Below, piece by piece: positions 63,741-64,000 of a stretch of DNA of 64,000 nt (the stretch's first letter is position 1; every line of letters begins with the position of its first letter). Source of the DNA: Takakia lepidozioides (taxonomy: Eukaryota > Plantae > Bryophyta); assembly GCA_030704615.1 (NCBI GenBank), contig CM060731.1:48670001-48734000 (forward strand). The letters are read 5' to 3'. A program made the position numbers and the translations under genes. The notes below the pieces were generated by a model. It saw nothing but the letters and a program-made list of their open reading frames with translations. It searched no databases and had not been told where the DNA came from.

Positions 63741-64000
63741 GTACCATCCATCTTCTACACCGTGACTTAGATTAGTCATACTAGAATGTCCCCAGACCAA
63801 AATTTGAAGAGTCAGTGATTGACCCACCTCTTTTCTCGGGTGTTTGCTGACATGCTTGAAGGTGGGAGTGTCTGTGGACAAATTCAGTGACCTGAGCTGC
63901 TCACTTGGGTGGGTTCAATTCAATCCGTCAATTGGTGTGAATTGTGATGTGTCCTAGAGTGACAAGCATTGAGGACCAAGCTAATAGAAAAGGTGGAATG

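Overview
This is eukaryotic nuclear DNA from a plant. The repeat families and gene content suggest a bryophyte, probably a moss (inference). The first 14.5 kb is a four-level transposon nest. A Dualen/RandI-like non-LTR retrotransposon is interrupted by a CACTA element and by a hAT element. The hAT transposase is split by a chromovirus Ty3/gypsy LTR element with a CAGCC target-site duplication (TSD). That element carries a second gypsy element and an internal inversion. The non-LTR element has a chromodomain-like segment and a PCIF1/CAPAM-like adenine-methyltransferase-like segment between its RT and RNase H; this is the most striking observation. From 15.5 to 30 kb (minus strand) lies a heavily disrupted PH + coiled-coil + about 13 PLAT/LH2-domain (LOXHD1-like) pseudogene with a nest of LINE 3' ends in one intron. 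A BIM-type bHLH gene occupies 34.5-39.5 kb. The 41-49.6 kb interval holds small Helitrons, several CAGTGTTG-ended hAT MITEs, tRNA-derived SINEs, L1 fragments and an ISG12/IFI27-like ORF. An RWA (Cas1p-like) gene lies at 50-58.9 kb on the minus strand. From 60.8 kb to the end is a divergently transcribed CTF4/AND-1-like gene that appears to lack the N-terminal WD40 domain. All domain calls are by-eye motif recognition; no database searches were run.
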